Part shown: piece by piece, positions 45,807 through 54,812 of the stretch
Position numbering within the stretch: position 1 is the first letter of the stretch
Layout: each line of letters opens with the position of its first letter
DNA from: Candidatus Latescibacterota bacterium
GTDB lineage: Bacteria; Latescibacterota; UBA2968
Reading direction: 5' to 3'
Assembly (NCBI GenBank): GCA_965204375.1
Contig: OZ241986.1
Span: 3,104,001 to 3,168,000 of the forward strand
DNA length: 64,000 nucleotides
The notes under the pieces: model-generated
What the model was told of the DNA's origin: nothing
Seen by the model: the letters and a program-made list of their open reading frames with translations, nothing else
Databases searched by the model: none
Translations under genes and position numbers: made by a program

Positions 45807-47234
45807 TCAATGAGATAGGTGCTCATCAAGAGCAACGCTCAGCCGCTGAAAGACCTGGAGAAATTCATCGGCGACATCGTCCTTTTCATTGCGCTGCAAA
45901 TCGAACAGCAATTGGGGACGCTCGCGCTGAAGGCACTCCGTCTCATCGAACGGCACATGCATCGGTTCGAAGATATTGCCCCCAATGCGCTTTGCCGGAT
46001 CATAGCCGCGAACCAGTTTGAAACGCCCGTCGAAAACCATGCGCCAGGCACTCAGACCGGAAAATACCAGATCTCGATGCCTCCGCGCGCGGGCACCGAG
46101 ATAATCGACGAGCGAACGACTATCGAGATCATCACCAGGTGTCAAGCCAGCCCACTCGAGAAAACTGGAGGTCAGATCGAGTGTCGTCATCGGAGCGTCA
46201 TCGCGTCCGGAAGCCTCCACGCCCGGTCCAGCGATCACCAGCGGAACCCCCACCGAAGCCTGCAGGGGCGACAACTTCTGCCACTGGTCGTAATCGCCGA
46301 GCATCTCGCCATGGTCGCTGGTAAAGACAATAATAGTATCGTCCAGATCGCCCCGCTCGTGCACGCGCTCGACGAGGCGCCCGAGGCAAGAATCGAGATG
46401 TTCGACAGTAGCAGCCCAGTTGCGGCGCACCTCCTGATGCGTCTCGGGCGCGATATCCTCAGTGTTGAACACGGGAAGAGGAAACTCGACGGATGGCTCG
46501 CGGTACCATCGATGCATTGACTCAGTGATGTCCCACGGATGATGGGGATTCTGCAGATTCACCTCCAAATACCACGGCCTGTCGTCGGGCGCCCGATCCA
46601 GAAGGGTGAGCGCATTATTGGTGATCCAAGTATCGAAGTACGCATCGTCGGGAAGTGTCGTCGGGAAGGTAGCCGTCCACACGCCCTCCCGGCTTCGGCA
46701 CGCGTAATCTTCAATGTGCTCCTCTGCCAGGCCGCGCGCGTGCAAAAACGCCATGTACGCATCCTGAGGCACCATCTCGTTGTTGCGCATCAAAATGGTC
46801 GCCTGATTCAGCCCCGCATTGAAAATCGCATCAGAAAATCCCCATTCCTCCATGCCCTGGCACCCATCGACACCGCAGTGGAACCTGGGCGGATTCCCCG
46901 ATTGGTTATTGCCCACATGGTGTTTGCCAGCACCCATAACGTGGTATCCGGCCTCGTCGCGCAGGCGCAGGTGGTACTTGAGCATATTATCGGGAGCATA
47001 AGTGCCATTACCCCAAACGCGCGTGCGATCGTATTCCTGCCCAGATACCAGGCAGGCGCGCGACGGGGCGCAAACGGGTGACGGACAGATTGCATTGGCG
47101 AGCCAGACACCGCGCTCGGCGAGTTCCCGCAGATGCGGCGTGCGCACCGGAATATCGGGATTCATCTCGACCCACTCTGGCCGCTGCTGATCCGTTTGGA
47201 CAAAAAGTATATTGGGGCGCACCTCAATCCTCAC
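45807..47234 (-). CDS. Sulfatase family protein
   Basis: RPNILFVQTDQQR, CAPSRACL, GKHH, FTSDHGEMLGD. Confidence 0.9.
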   Translation of the reverse strand: MRIEVRPNILFVQTDQQRPEWVEMNPDIPVRTPHLRELAERGVWLANAICPSPVCAPSRACLVSGQEYDRTRVWGNGTYAPDNMLKYHLRLRDEAGYHVMGAGKHHVGNNQSGNPPRFHCGVDGCQGMEEWGFSDAIFNAGLNQATILMRNNEMVPQDAYMAFLHARGLAEEHIEDYACRSREGVWTATFPTTLPDDAYFDTWITNNALTLLDRAPDDRPWYLEVNLQNPHHPWDITESMHRWYREPSVEFPLPVFNTEDIAPETHQEVRRNWAATVEHLDSCLGRLVERVHERGDLDDTIIVFTSDHGEMLGDYDQWQKLSPLQASVGVPLVIAGPGVEASGRDDAPMTTLDLTSSFLEWAGLTPGDDLDSRSLVDYLGARARRHRDLVFSGLSAWRMVFDGRFKLVRGYDPAKRIGGNIFEPMHVPFDETECLQRERPQLLFDLQRNEKDDVADEFLQVFQRLSVALDEHLSH

Positions 47235-47248
47235 ACAACATGGAACTT

Positions 47249-48154
47249 CTAATTAAAACCCGGATATGTGCCGCCTTTCCTGGGACTGTAAGGCAAAAAC
47301 CGGGGGTCATAATAAACCAAAGGCATTTTGTTGTGAACATCGGTCTTAATCACTGCGGTTTTACCAGAATCTCCAGTTGTATTGCTTATAGCGAAATCAT
47401 CCTCTCCAATATAACCTACTTTGATTTCCCACATCCAGGCTGTATTTCCTCTATTTTCTTTCCCTCTAATAAAAATACCCTCGCGATCTCCCAAGACATA
47501 TCTAAAGGTTATGTACACACCGGCCTTAGGCAAATGTCCCTTGGGCTTGTTACTTTCCAAAGCCATTTTCAATTCTACATCTACGGCGGGTGCTTTGAGT
47601 GGCAATAAATCAGGGTATGCATGAGGACGATTACGTCTGTATAGTCCTTCTGATGATTTTGCTATACCACTTCCAAGCAAATTTCCCAACATAGATGAAA
47701 AATTTGCGAGTTCGACTAACTCTGCAACTACAGGAGATTGAGAGGATATTAATTTTCGGTCAATAGTATCTAATACGCCATAAGCATACTCAACTGCATC
47801 AAGTAACACACTGCCCTCAATACCCATTAATTCTAACAGGGTTTGTTCATTTCTAATATTTAATCTATTAGGCTTTCGCGGCTTTAGAAATTCAGAATAC
47901 TTAGAATTTTCCTCTACTGAAATCAACTCAGCCATTTGCACCAAATCCGATAGTGAAAATCCCAAGGCATGGGCAATTTGATTAGCCACTTGAATGGTGG
48001 GTACACGCTCGTGTCGTTCTAACAGCCCTACCATTGTTCTATGGATACCTGCTTGTTCCGCTAATTGTTCAAGAGTCAACTTCTGTTCTATGCGAACGGT
48101 TTTTATTATATCAAGAAAATTTTGGATAACTGAATCCAATCGATTTTGCTCCAT
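47249..48154 (-). CDS. XRE-HTH (controller-like) domain fused to a putative PD-(D/E)xK restriction endonuclease
   Basis: N-terminal LTLEQLAEQAGIHRTMVGLLERHERVPT; C-terminal YPDLL..DVELK. Divergent from a C5 methyltransferase; AT-rich. Confidence 0.75.
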   Translation of the reverse strand: MEQNRLDSVIQNFLDIIKTVRIEQKLTLEQLAEQAGIHRTMVGLLERHERVPTIQVANQIAHALGFSLSDLVQMAELISVEENSKYSEFLKPRKPNRLNIRNEQTLLELMGIEGSVLLDAVEYAYGVLDTIDRKLISSQSPVVAELVELANFSSMLGNLLGSGIAKSSEGLYRRNRPHAYPDLLPLKAPAVDVELKMALESNKPKGHLPKAGVYITFRYVLGDREGIFIRGKENRGNTAWMWEIKVGYIGEDDFAISNTTGDSGKTAVIKTDVHNKMPLVYYDPRFLPYSPRKGGTYPGFN

Positions 48155-48211
48155 TCAACAACCCCTTAGATGATTTATAAAAAATATCAGGATGTGAGCA
48201 AGAAAAAAATC

Positions 48212-48243
48212 TTGACAGCTTCTAAAAAAGAGACTATAGTCTC
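48212..48243 (+). promoter_or_regulatory. sigma70 promoter of the methyltransferase with an overlapping C-box palindrome
   Basis: TTGACA-N17-TATAGT; perfect palindrome GAGACTATAGTCTC at 48230-48243. Confidence 0.8.
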
Positions 48244-48277
48244 CACCGAACACCAACCTTTCTCAGGAGATCTAATT

Positions 48278-49432
48278 ATGAAGCAAGCCAAAATCTTCGA
48301 TCTTTTTTGCGGCACGGGTGGTTTTTCAAAAGGTTTTGAAAAGGTTGCCGATATTCAATATCAAACTGTTTTGGGTGTAGATTTATTACCTATTGCTGTT
48401 GAAACTTTTTGTTTTAACCACCAGGAAGCCTTTGGGATATGCAAAGATATACGAACCCTGAGAAGAACGGCAGTTTCTGATATGCTAAAAATTAAAAGGG
48501 GAGAATTGGACTTAATTATTGGCGGTCCTCCTTGTCAAGGATTCTCTTCTATAAGACCTTTTCGCTCGTGTCAAGAGGACGATCCAAGAAATTCACTATT
48601 TGAGGAATATGCTTCATTTGTAAACTTTTTTCGGCCTAAAGCATTTGTACTAGAAAATGTTGTCGGTTTGGCAACGCATAAAAAGGGTTCTACAATAGAA
48701 ATGATGGAGGAATGTTTCTATAAAATAGGATATGAATGCGACTGGAAGATTCTCAATACTGCTCATTTTGGCATTCCTCAGAAACGAGAACGATTGATAT
48801 TTATAGGCGTCGTCAAAGGAAATATGCCCAAATTTCCTGTACCAAATTACCAATATAAAGGGGCGACTATCGGCCATAAAAAGAAATCCAGAATGCTTTT
48901 ACCAAAGGAGCCTGATCTTTTTACAAAATCAGAATTGAACCCTGCAATAACCGTTATGGACGCAATTGATGATTTGCCTCCTATTGAATCTGGCGAGAAA
49001 GCCACATTATATGTCAACAAGCCAAGAACGGAATATCAGCGGGCAAGAAGAAATGGAACCAAACTATTAACACTTCATGAAGCGACGAATCATTCAAAAA
49101 AAATGCTCGAAATAATACATCACGCGGGCAAAAACATCAATTCTATTCCCAAACATCTAATAAGTAGTGGGTTTAGTTCTTGTTATTCGAGATTGGATGC
49201 AAATGAACCTGCGGTAACAATAACGGTCAATTTTGTTCATCCAGCATCTAATAGATGTATCCATCCCCTACAAAACCGCGCTCTTACACCCAGAGAAGGC
49301 GCGCGCCTGCAATCCTTTGATGATGATTTCGCGTTTGCTGGTACTCGCTCACAAATCGTCAAACAAATAGGAAATGCAGTTCCAACTCTGTTGGGACAGC
49401 GCATCGGAGAAGCATTAGCTCCCATGTTTTAA
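48278..49432 (+). CDS. DNA (cytosine-5)-methyltransferase
   Basis: Motifs I DLFCGTGG, IV GGPPCQGFS, VI ENV, VIII QKRER, IX-X REGARLQSF..QIGNAVP. AGGAG RBS before ATG 48278. Confidence 0.95.
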   Translation: MKQAKIFDLFCGTGGFSKGFEKVADIQYQTVLGVDLLPIAVETFCFNHQEAFGICKDIRTLRRTAVSDMLKIKRGELDLIIGGPPCQGFSSIRPFRSCQEDDPRNSLFEEYASFVNFFRPKAFVLENVVGLATHKKGSTIEMMEECFYKIGYECDWKILNTAHFGIPQKRERLIFIGVVKGNMPKFPVPNYQYKGATIGHKKKSRMLLPKEPDLFTKSELNPAITVMDAIDDLPPIESGEKATLYVNKPRTEYQRARRNGTKLLTLHEATNHSKKMLEIIHHAGKNINSIPKHLISSGFSSCYSRLDANEPAVTITVNFVHPASNRCIHPLQNRALTPREGARLQSFDDDFAFAGTRSQIVKQIGNAVPTLLGQRIGEALAPMF

Positions 49433-49466
49433 GCATTGACCATAGTACAAGCCAACCTGTTCTCCG

Positions 49467-50561
49467 CTATCCTAACTCTTTCAAAACCTCGCGCAACCGC
49501 TGTGCGACAATCACATCCTCTCCCTGCTCCATCATATAGGGCATCACCTCCACGCCATTATCGTGGGTGAACATCTCTATGCGCGGATCGCCATCTGACA
49601 ACTGCTGCTGGACCTCCTCTGGTGTAATCGGCAACACCGCCTGATCCCAGTGAACCTCCAGAATCGGCGCCACATTAGACCGCCCGGGATCTCGCACCCG
49701 CCTCGTCACCGACGGCAAATCCGCAACCGCACTGCCAATCACCTGCAACCATCGCTCCCACTCTGCCCACTCGGCATCGTGATCGCGCTGCACCCACTTC
49801 TCCACTGCCGCCAGCAACCCCATCACCTCCTCCTTGCCCGCCTTCATCGCCCGCCCCAGTGAATGATGCGGTGCGCCATTGGCAAACGCCGCCTGCAAAA
49901 TATCCTTTCGCCCCAGCACCAACCCCGACGACTGTGGACCTCGCAAACACTTACCCCCGCTATAAGCCACAACATCTGCACCCGCCTGCAAATACGCATT
50001 GGGCACATCTGGCCGCTCTGCCGCGGCATCCACAAATACCGGCACGCCCTTGCGATGACAAATCGCCACCACATCCTCAAGCGGAATATCGCTATGATCC
50101 GTTTGATCTCCAAAAAACGCAAACATCGCCGTGCGATCATCAATCGCTAAAGAAAGCGCATCGTGATCTTCCACCTCCACCATCTCCACACCCACCGCCC
50201 GAATCGCATGCGTATAAATGTGCAAATGCCCTGGCTGGTACAACACCCGATTCTTCAACCCCGTTGTATCGGGCAATTGTTTGATCTTATCTGGATCATC
50301 ACCCGCCACACACGCCGACGTCACCTGCGTCAGTGCCGCCGCGCATCCATTTGTCACCAGCCCCCACTCGCACTGCATCAACTCGGCAATACGCGCCCCC
50401 ACCGCATCCATCAACTCATCCAAATGCACATACGCCTTCGCGGCTTCCATCATCGCATCGCACACCTCGGGCAACATCAGCGAACCACTGATAATTGTAT
50501 AGGTCCCGCGACAGTTAATCAACGGCCGCACACCAATTGAACAATAAGTAGGAATAGCCAT
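49467..50561 (-). CDS. SelA-like/DgaE-family PLP-dependent enzyme
   Basis: INCRGTYTIISGS, VTNGCAAAL, VDAAAE, YSGGKCLRGPQSSG, RAMKAGKEE. Confidence 0.85.
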   Translation of the reverse strand: MAIPTYCSIGVRPLINCRGTYTIISGSLMLPEVCDAMMEAAKAYVHLDELMDAVGARIAELMQCEWGLVTNGCAAALTQVTSACVAGDDPDKIKQLPDTTGLKNRVLYQPGHLHIYTHAIRAVGVEMVEVEDHDALSLAIDDRTAMFAFFGDQTDHSDIPLEDVVAICHRKGVPVFVDAAAERPDVPNAYLQAGADVVAYSGGKCLRGPQSSGLVLGRKDILQAAFANGAPHHSLGRAMKAGKEEVMGLLAAVEKWVQRDHDAEWAEWERWLQVIGSAVADLPSVTRRVRDPGRSNVAPILEVHWDQAVLPITPEEVQQQLSDGDPRIEMFTHDNGVEVMPYMMEQGEDVIVAQRLREVLKELG

Positions 50562-50575
50562 AGTCGCCCTCCACA

Positions 50576-51985
50576 TCAGGCAAAATAGCGCGTGTACAAA
50601 ATATAAACCGCCAGACCAATCATCAGCAAAAAACAGAACCACAACAGCAGATCGGTCTTCAAAGACGGTTTCAGGCGCTGATCGAGATGTCTATAGCGCA
50701 AATACAACGTCCCCCCGGCAATCAGGGGAAACTTAATTGCCCCAAACAAATGCCCTATCGTCAGCATCCAAACCGGATTTTGAAAAAAGAAATACGCCAG
50801 AGAAGTCACCAGAGGGGACACCACCGCCCAAATGCGCAAAATGCGAACCCGCGTCTTGTAATCATTGCGCTCGACCAAACCCATAACAGACATCCCATCA
50901 GCAAAAATGCGCACCCCACCACCCAGACCGGATATCGCCGTTGAATAAAGCACAAAAAAAGCACCCACCATAAACAACCAGAACGCCCATTCGCCAAGTG
51001 TCTGCGTGTACATATTGGAAAGCACGGGAATCGTCTCCAGACCATCGGGTTGTTTATTGAGCCGATACAACACCCCCGCGCCCAGCATATAAAACGGAAT
51101 CGTCGCACAGGTCAGCAATCCCAATGTCAAAAGCACATCGGTTTGCATCACCCGAATCCATCCCCTCGCGCGCTGAACCCAGGCATTGGACTGATCTGCC
51201 GGTCCTGAAAAACGCGCATAGCCCTTTTCCACACACCAGTACGTATAGGCCATCTGCTCGCCCGAACCTACCCCGGTTCCGCCATACATCGCCAGCGCGG
51301 CCAGCAGCGCAAAAACAGGAAAACCAAACGTCAGCCCACCGCGCACCTCTTCCCAGGTAATCGCATATTCGGTCAACTGTAGCAAAACAGCACAGGTGAT
51401 CGTGATAAACGTAAACATGACCACCAGAACCGTCATCAGCTTTTCGAGAAACCGATACGTCCCGGTCAGAATAATCACAGACGCCGTACCAGCCAGAATA
51501 ACCGTCCACCATTCCGACCCGAGAGCAGGTAGCGCCATGTGAATCGCCTGACCAGCACCCCCGTAAATACCACCGCTGATCAACTGCCCGGGAATAATCC
51601 AGAGCAACCAAAAATAGATGTACCACGACACCTTCCGCCCGTTAAACGCGGGCAACTTTCCGGGCAATCGGTTAAAAGCGTGCAAAAAAGGTTCGCCAGA
51701 AGCAACCGAAAAACGCGCCAGTTCTGCCTGAACAATATTCTTGCTCCAGCAACTCACAAGCACAAACCAGAGCATTGAAAATCCAACAATAGAACCCAAA
51801 TTCGTCGTCAGAATAATCTCACCAGAACCCACCACAGACCCCACGAGAATCAGCCCTGGACCGAGAAACTTCAGCGTACTGCGAAGCCCTTGAGGGGGCT
51901 CCTGAACCGCCCGTGGATCCAGCGCGTAGAGATCTGGATTTTCATCTTCTCCCGATGGTTGCACAGTTTTGGACTCTTCTGGCAT
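50576..51985 (-). CDS. Nramp-superfamily transporter (YcsG-like)
   Basis: LGPGLILVGSVVGSGE, Q.ELARF, YTYWCVEKGY; ~11 TM segments. Confidence 0.8.
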   Translation of the reverse strand: MPEESKTVQPSGEDENPDLYALDPRAVQEPPQGLRSTLKFLGPGLILVGSVVGSGEIILTTNLGSIVGFSMLWFVLVSCWSKNIVQAELARFSVASGEPFLHAFNRLPGKLPAFNGRKVSWYIYFWLLWIIPGQLISGGIYGGAGQAIHMALPALGSEWWTVILAGTASVIILTGTYRFLEKLMTVLVVMFTFITITCAVLLQLTEYAITWEEVRGGLTFGFPVFALLAALAMYGGTGVGSGEQMAYTYWCVEKGYARFSGPADQSNAWVQRARGWIRVMQTDVLLTLGLLTCATIPFYMLGAGVLYRLNKQPDGLETIPVLSNMYTQTLGEWAFWLFMVGAFFVLYSTAISGLGGGVRIFADGMSVMGLVERNDYKTRVRILRIWAVVSPLVTSLAYFFFQNPVWMLTIGHLFGAIKFPLIAGGTLYLRYRHLDQRLKPSLKTDLLLWFCFLLMIGLAVYILYTRYFA

Positions 51986-52025
51986 ATACCCTCCCTTTGA
52001 ATTGACTTACCCTGCGAAAACAAAA

Positions 52026-52114
52026 AGCCACCCGGTATGCACAGCGCTTTGTCAGGCAGTCCCATGCCATTGGCGCTACTGACATCGTGCTGTGCGTGCG
52101 ACTTGCGGGTGGTT
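52026..52114. other. Long imperfect hairpin; its outer stem may act as the infA terminator
   Basis: Three stacked stems: AGCCACCCG/CGGGTGGTT, GTATGCACAGCGC/GTGCTGTGCGTGC, TGTCAG/CTGACA. T-tract follows on the minus strand. Confidence 0.7.
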
Positions 52115-52140
52115 ATTTATTTAAGTACGATTTTGAGTAT

Positions 52141-52449
52141 TTAACGGCGGCGACGCGACCTGCTGCGTCCACCGCGACCGGGACGCCTGCTCCCGCCTCC
52201 TTGCGTACTCGGAGGGGGTGGCCCACCTGTTCCGGAATCGCGGAATGTAATGCGCCCCCGGTTCAGATCATAAGGAGAGGTCTCAATCGTGACGGTATCG
52301 CCCACAACAATGCGAATATTAAAACGGCGCATTTTGCCCGACGTATAACCGAGAATCTGATGTCCTCCCTCAATCTCAACCTTGTATTGCCCATCGGGCA
52401 AAATATCGACAATCGTTCCTTCCAGTACAACTTTTTCTTCTTTTGCCAT
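52141..52449 (-). CDS. infA: Translation initiation factor IF-1 with a C-terminal extension
   Basis: MAKEE..EGTIVDILP..SGKMRRFNIRIVVGDTV..SPYDLNRGRITFR; GGAGG RBS. Confidence 0.95.
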   Translation of the reverse strand: MAKEEKVVLEGTIVDILPDGQYKVEIEGGHQILGYTSGKMRRFNIRIVVGDTVTIETSPYDLNRGRITFRDSGTGGPPPPSTQGGGSRRPGRGGRSRSRRRR

Positions 52450-52588
52450 ATAACCTCCAACTATGGGATGGATAAACTCGCTGCTTTCCTTACACAATTT
52501 GGGATGCATAAGATATGAGAGAAAATTTATGTTCACAAGTATTTTTGACACGCGACCAATCTCCAAATTTTGCACGCGATCGCACAAC

Positions 52589-53770
52589 TCAAAAAAGGCG
52601 ATAACTCAGGGCAAAATGAAGACTCTGCCTAAAAGGGTATCCCTCTTCTTTGGAAATTTGCTCAATCACCGACAAGCTAATACTGTTTTCGACAAAAAAT
52701 GTGAAACTGATATTTGAAATATGTCTAAACCTCGCATCTTGGTCGCGTTTTTTATTGATGTGGAGTGTATTGGAAGACACAAAGGCAATTCTGTTGGTAA
52801 TTTCGTAGATAAAATCGACATTCTGCCGGATATTATACTCTCGCCTGAAATAGTCCCTCTTGAATGGGGTATCCAATTTGAGATCCGTGTTGACCTGCAT
52901 CCGCCAACTGATAGGTCGGGAATACCGCACATTAATGGCTAAAGCTGGGGGAGGACGTTCCATGTCTTTAGACCTGGTCTGCACTTCATACTGAACCCCC
53001 GCATTGACATCCCAACCAAAAAACCGGTCGCTGATCTGCTCCTGTGTAAGTACCTCGCGCATGCGAAAGAGGCCAACAGGACCGATATTGCCGCCCCCGG
53101 TCACAAGACCAGTTTTATCAATTTCACTGCTCATATCTTCGTACCAGTAGTGCAGATAGGTACGATCGCCGTAGATATTGCGATACTCATCTTCTTTTTC
53201 AATAATTTGCCCAAGCGCGATCATCGTATCTCTTGGTAGGAAATCGCTAATAACGCCTTCTTCAAACAAAAAGTCTTCAATACGCACGGCTTTGCGCAGG
53301 GCGGTGGCATTGATAAATCGACCATAACCAAGACCTAAAATGACATCACTCTGCGGACGATCGAAGCCCTTACGCATCAACGCATCGGGACTGACAAAAT
53401 AGAAAAACTTATGGGTTTCTCGAAAATACTTTTGAACCTGTATATCGAGATTTATTTCATAAGTACCCGTGCGCTCAGAACCTTCAAATGAAAATTGACG
53501 AAAATATGAAGCCGAACTGAGCGCGTCGATAAAATATGCAAAAGGCAGAGAACTGTAGAACTTCTTGTACACAAGGCCGATTTCGCCCTGTTCGTGTATA
53601 ACTTCTTTGCCCTCGGTCGTCAAATTAAAACTCAACACATCAATGCGTAGATTATCCACCCGACTCACCGGCACTTTGTAGTCGGTGACCGAAACATTTT
53701 GCGCCTCTGCCGATGTTGTAATCAGCAGTGCTACAAGCATACTTGCCTTTAATAGATATTGTGCATCCAT
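52589..53770 (-). CDS. Hypothetical outer-membrane protein
   Basis: Signal peptide ending AEA, alternating beta-strand pattern, C-terminal ..LSYRLF. Confidence 0.6.
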   Translation of the reverse strand: MDAQYLLKASMLVALLITTSAEAQNVSVTDYKVPVSRVDNLRIDVLSFNLTTEGKEVIHEQGEIGLVYKKFYSSLPFAYFIDALSSASYFRQFSFEGSERTGTYEINLDIQVQKYFRETHKFFYFVSPDALMRKGFDRPQSDVILGLGYGRFINATALRKAVRIEDFLFEEGVISDFLPRDTMIALGQIIEKEDEYRNIYGDRTYLHYWYEDMSSEIDKTGLVTGGGNIGPVGLFRMREVLTQEQISDRFFGWDVNAGVQYEVQTRSKDMERPPPALAINVRYSRPISWRMQVNTDLKLDTPFKRDYFRREYNIRQNVDFIYEITNRIAFVSSNTLHINKKRDQDARFRHISNISFTFFVENSISLSVIEQISKEEGYPFRQSLHFALSYRLF

Positions 53771-53841
53771 GATCAGCCTCCGCGTTAGGCCATTTGTCGG
53801 GCCAACAGATTGTCCCCAGGATGAACGAGCATGACTGTTCT

Positions 53842-54780
53842 TCATTCTGTATCCTCCGGATTCTTTTCAACTGTGGGCCTTGGAATAATAAAAATAATAT
53901 CATCGTAATCCGCTGCGACAACCGTCTTAGTATTATTTGAATCGGTGAGCAACCCCAAATAATCTACCGGACGGGGATCACCACCGAACAGCCGCCGATA
54001 GTCTTGGTATGCATTCACTTCTTCCCAAACCCATTTTTTTGCATCTTTTGCACCGTTGCGCAAGACAATAATATATTGGACCCCAAGCAGCTTCTCCTTC
54101 TTAATGACCGTCCCCTTGGGCAGTGTCTCGCTCCAGATGTATTTGAGCGTTTTGGTACGGCCAAAGACCAGACGCACCGCAGCAGCACTGTCATTTTTGT
54201 CGTCGTCGGTTTCATCAGACCCTTCGGGCAACTGATGTACGCGCCAGCGCCAGCGCAATTTTTGGAATGAACGCAAACTGACTTTGATTTCCCTGCCGCG
54301 AAACGTGACCTTTGCTTCTCTTCCAAAATTTACGGCACTACCTTTTGTTTTCGCGGTCAGATAATGGTTATTATCTTCCCATGCGATCCAATAATAAACA
54401 TCTTCTTTTTTTGTTTCACTATATCGCCAGCCCGATCGCCCCCCCCAAATCTTGTCGGGATAAGAATTTAAAAATCTCGGATAGTCAAAGGCATCGAGAA
54501 CACATGTGGAGTCCCCCGCAGGCGTGACCCAGTGAGCAGGAGGCTGTGAGGGATCTGTTATTTTAAGTGTTGTCGAGGGATCGTGACCTGGCCTGAGCGG
54601 ATCGGCCATCGCGGGATCAGTCGAGAACAGGGAGTCAACGACCGTAGAATCAACAACTCCAGAAACAACCGGTTGGACGCCCGTAGAATCGGGACCGGCA
54701 GCAAAGCATATACTGTATCTAAGATCAATAACAAATACCACCAGCACGCACAGCCTGAGAGCTCTGTTTATCAAATACAT
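53842..54780 (-). CDS. DUF3047 domain exported protein
   Basis: LRWRWRV..LP, D.AAAVRLVF, LKYIWS, DYRRLFG, LTDSNNT. Confidence 0.75.
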   Translation of the reverse strand: MYLINRALRLCVLVVFVIDLRYSICFAAGPDSTGVQPVVSGVVDSTVVDSLFSTDPAMADPLRPGHDPSTTLKITDPSQPPAHWVTPAGDSTCVLDAFDYPRFLNSYPDKIWGGRSGWRYSETKKEDVYYWIAWEDNNHYLTAKTKGSAVNFGREAKVTFRGREIKVSLRSFQKLRWRWRVHQLPEGSDETDDDKNDSAAAVRLVFGRTKTLKYIWSETLPKGTVIKKEKLLGVQYIIVLRNGAKDAKKWVWEEVNAYQDYRRLFGGDPRPVDYLGLLTDSNNTKTVVAADYDDIIFIIPRPTVEKNPEDTE

Positions 54781-54812
54781 GCTGATAAAGTCAGTATGGG
54801 AACGCAATCCCA

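Noticed and set aside
49467-50561. True selenocysteine synthase selA
   Set aside because: Shorter than SelA, its motifs fit the SelA-like/DgaE group, and no selB or selC is nearby.
52026-52114. SRP RNA, yybP-ykoY riboswitch, attC or group II intron domain V
   Set aside because: The diagnostic conserved motifs are missing and the resemblance is only that of a long hairpin. Kept as an unexplained structure.
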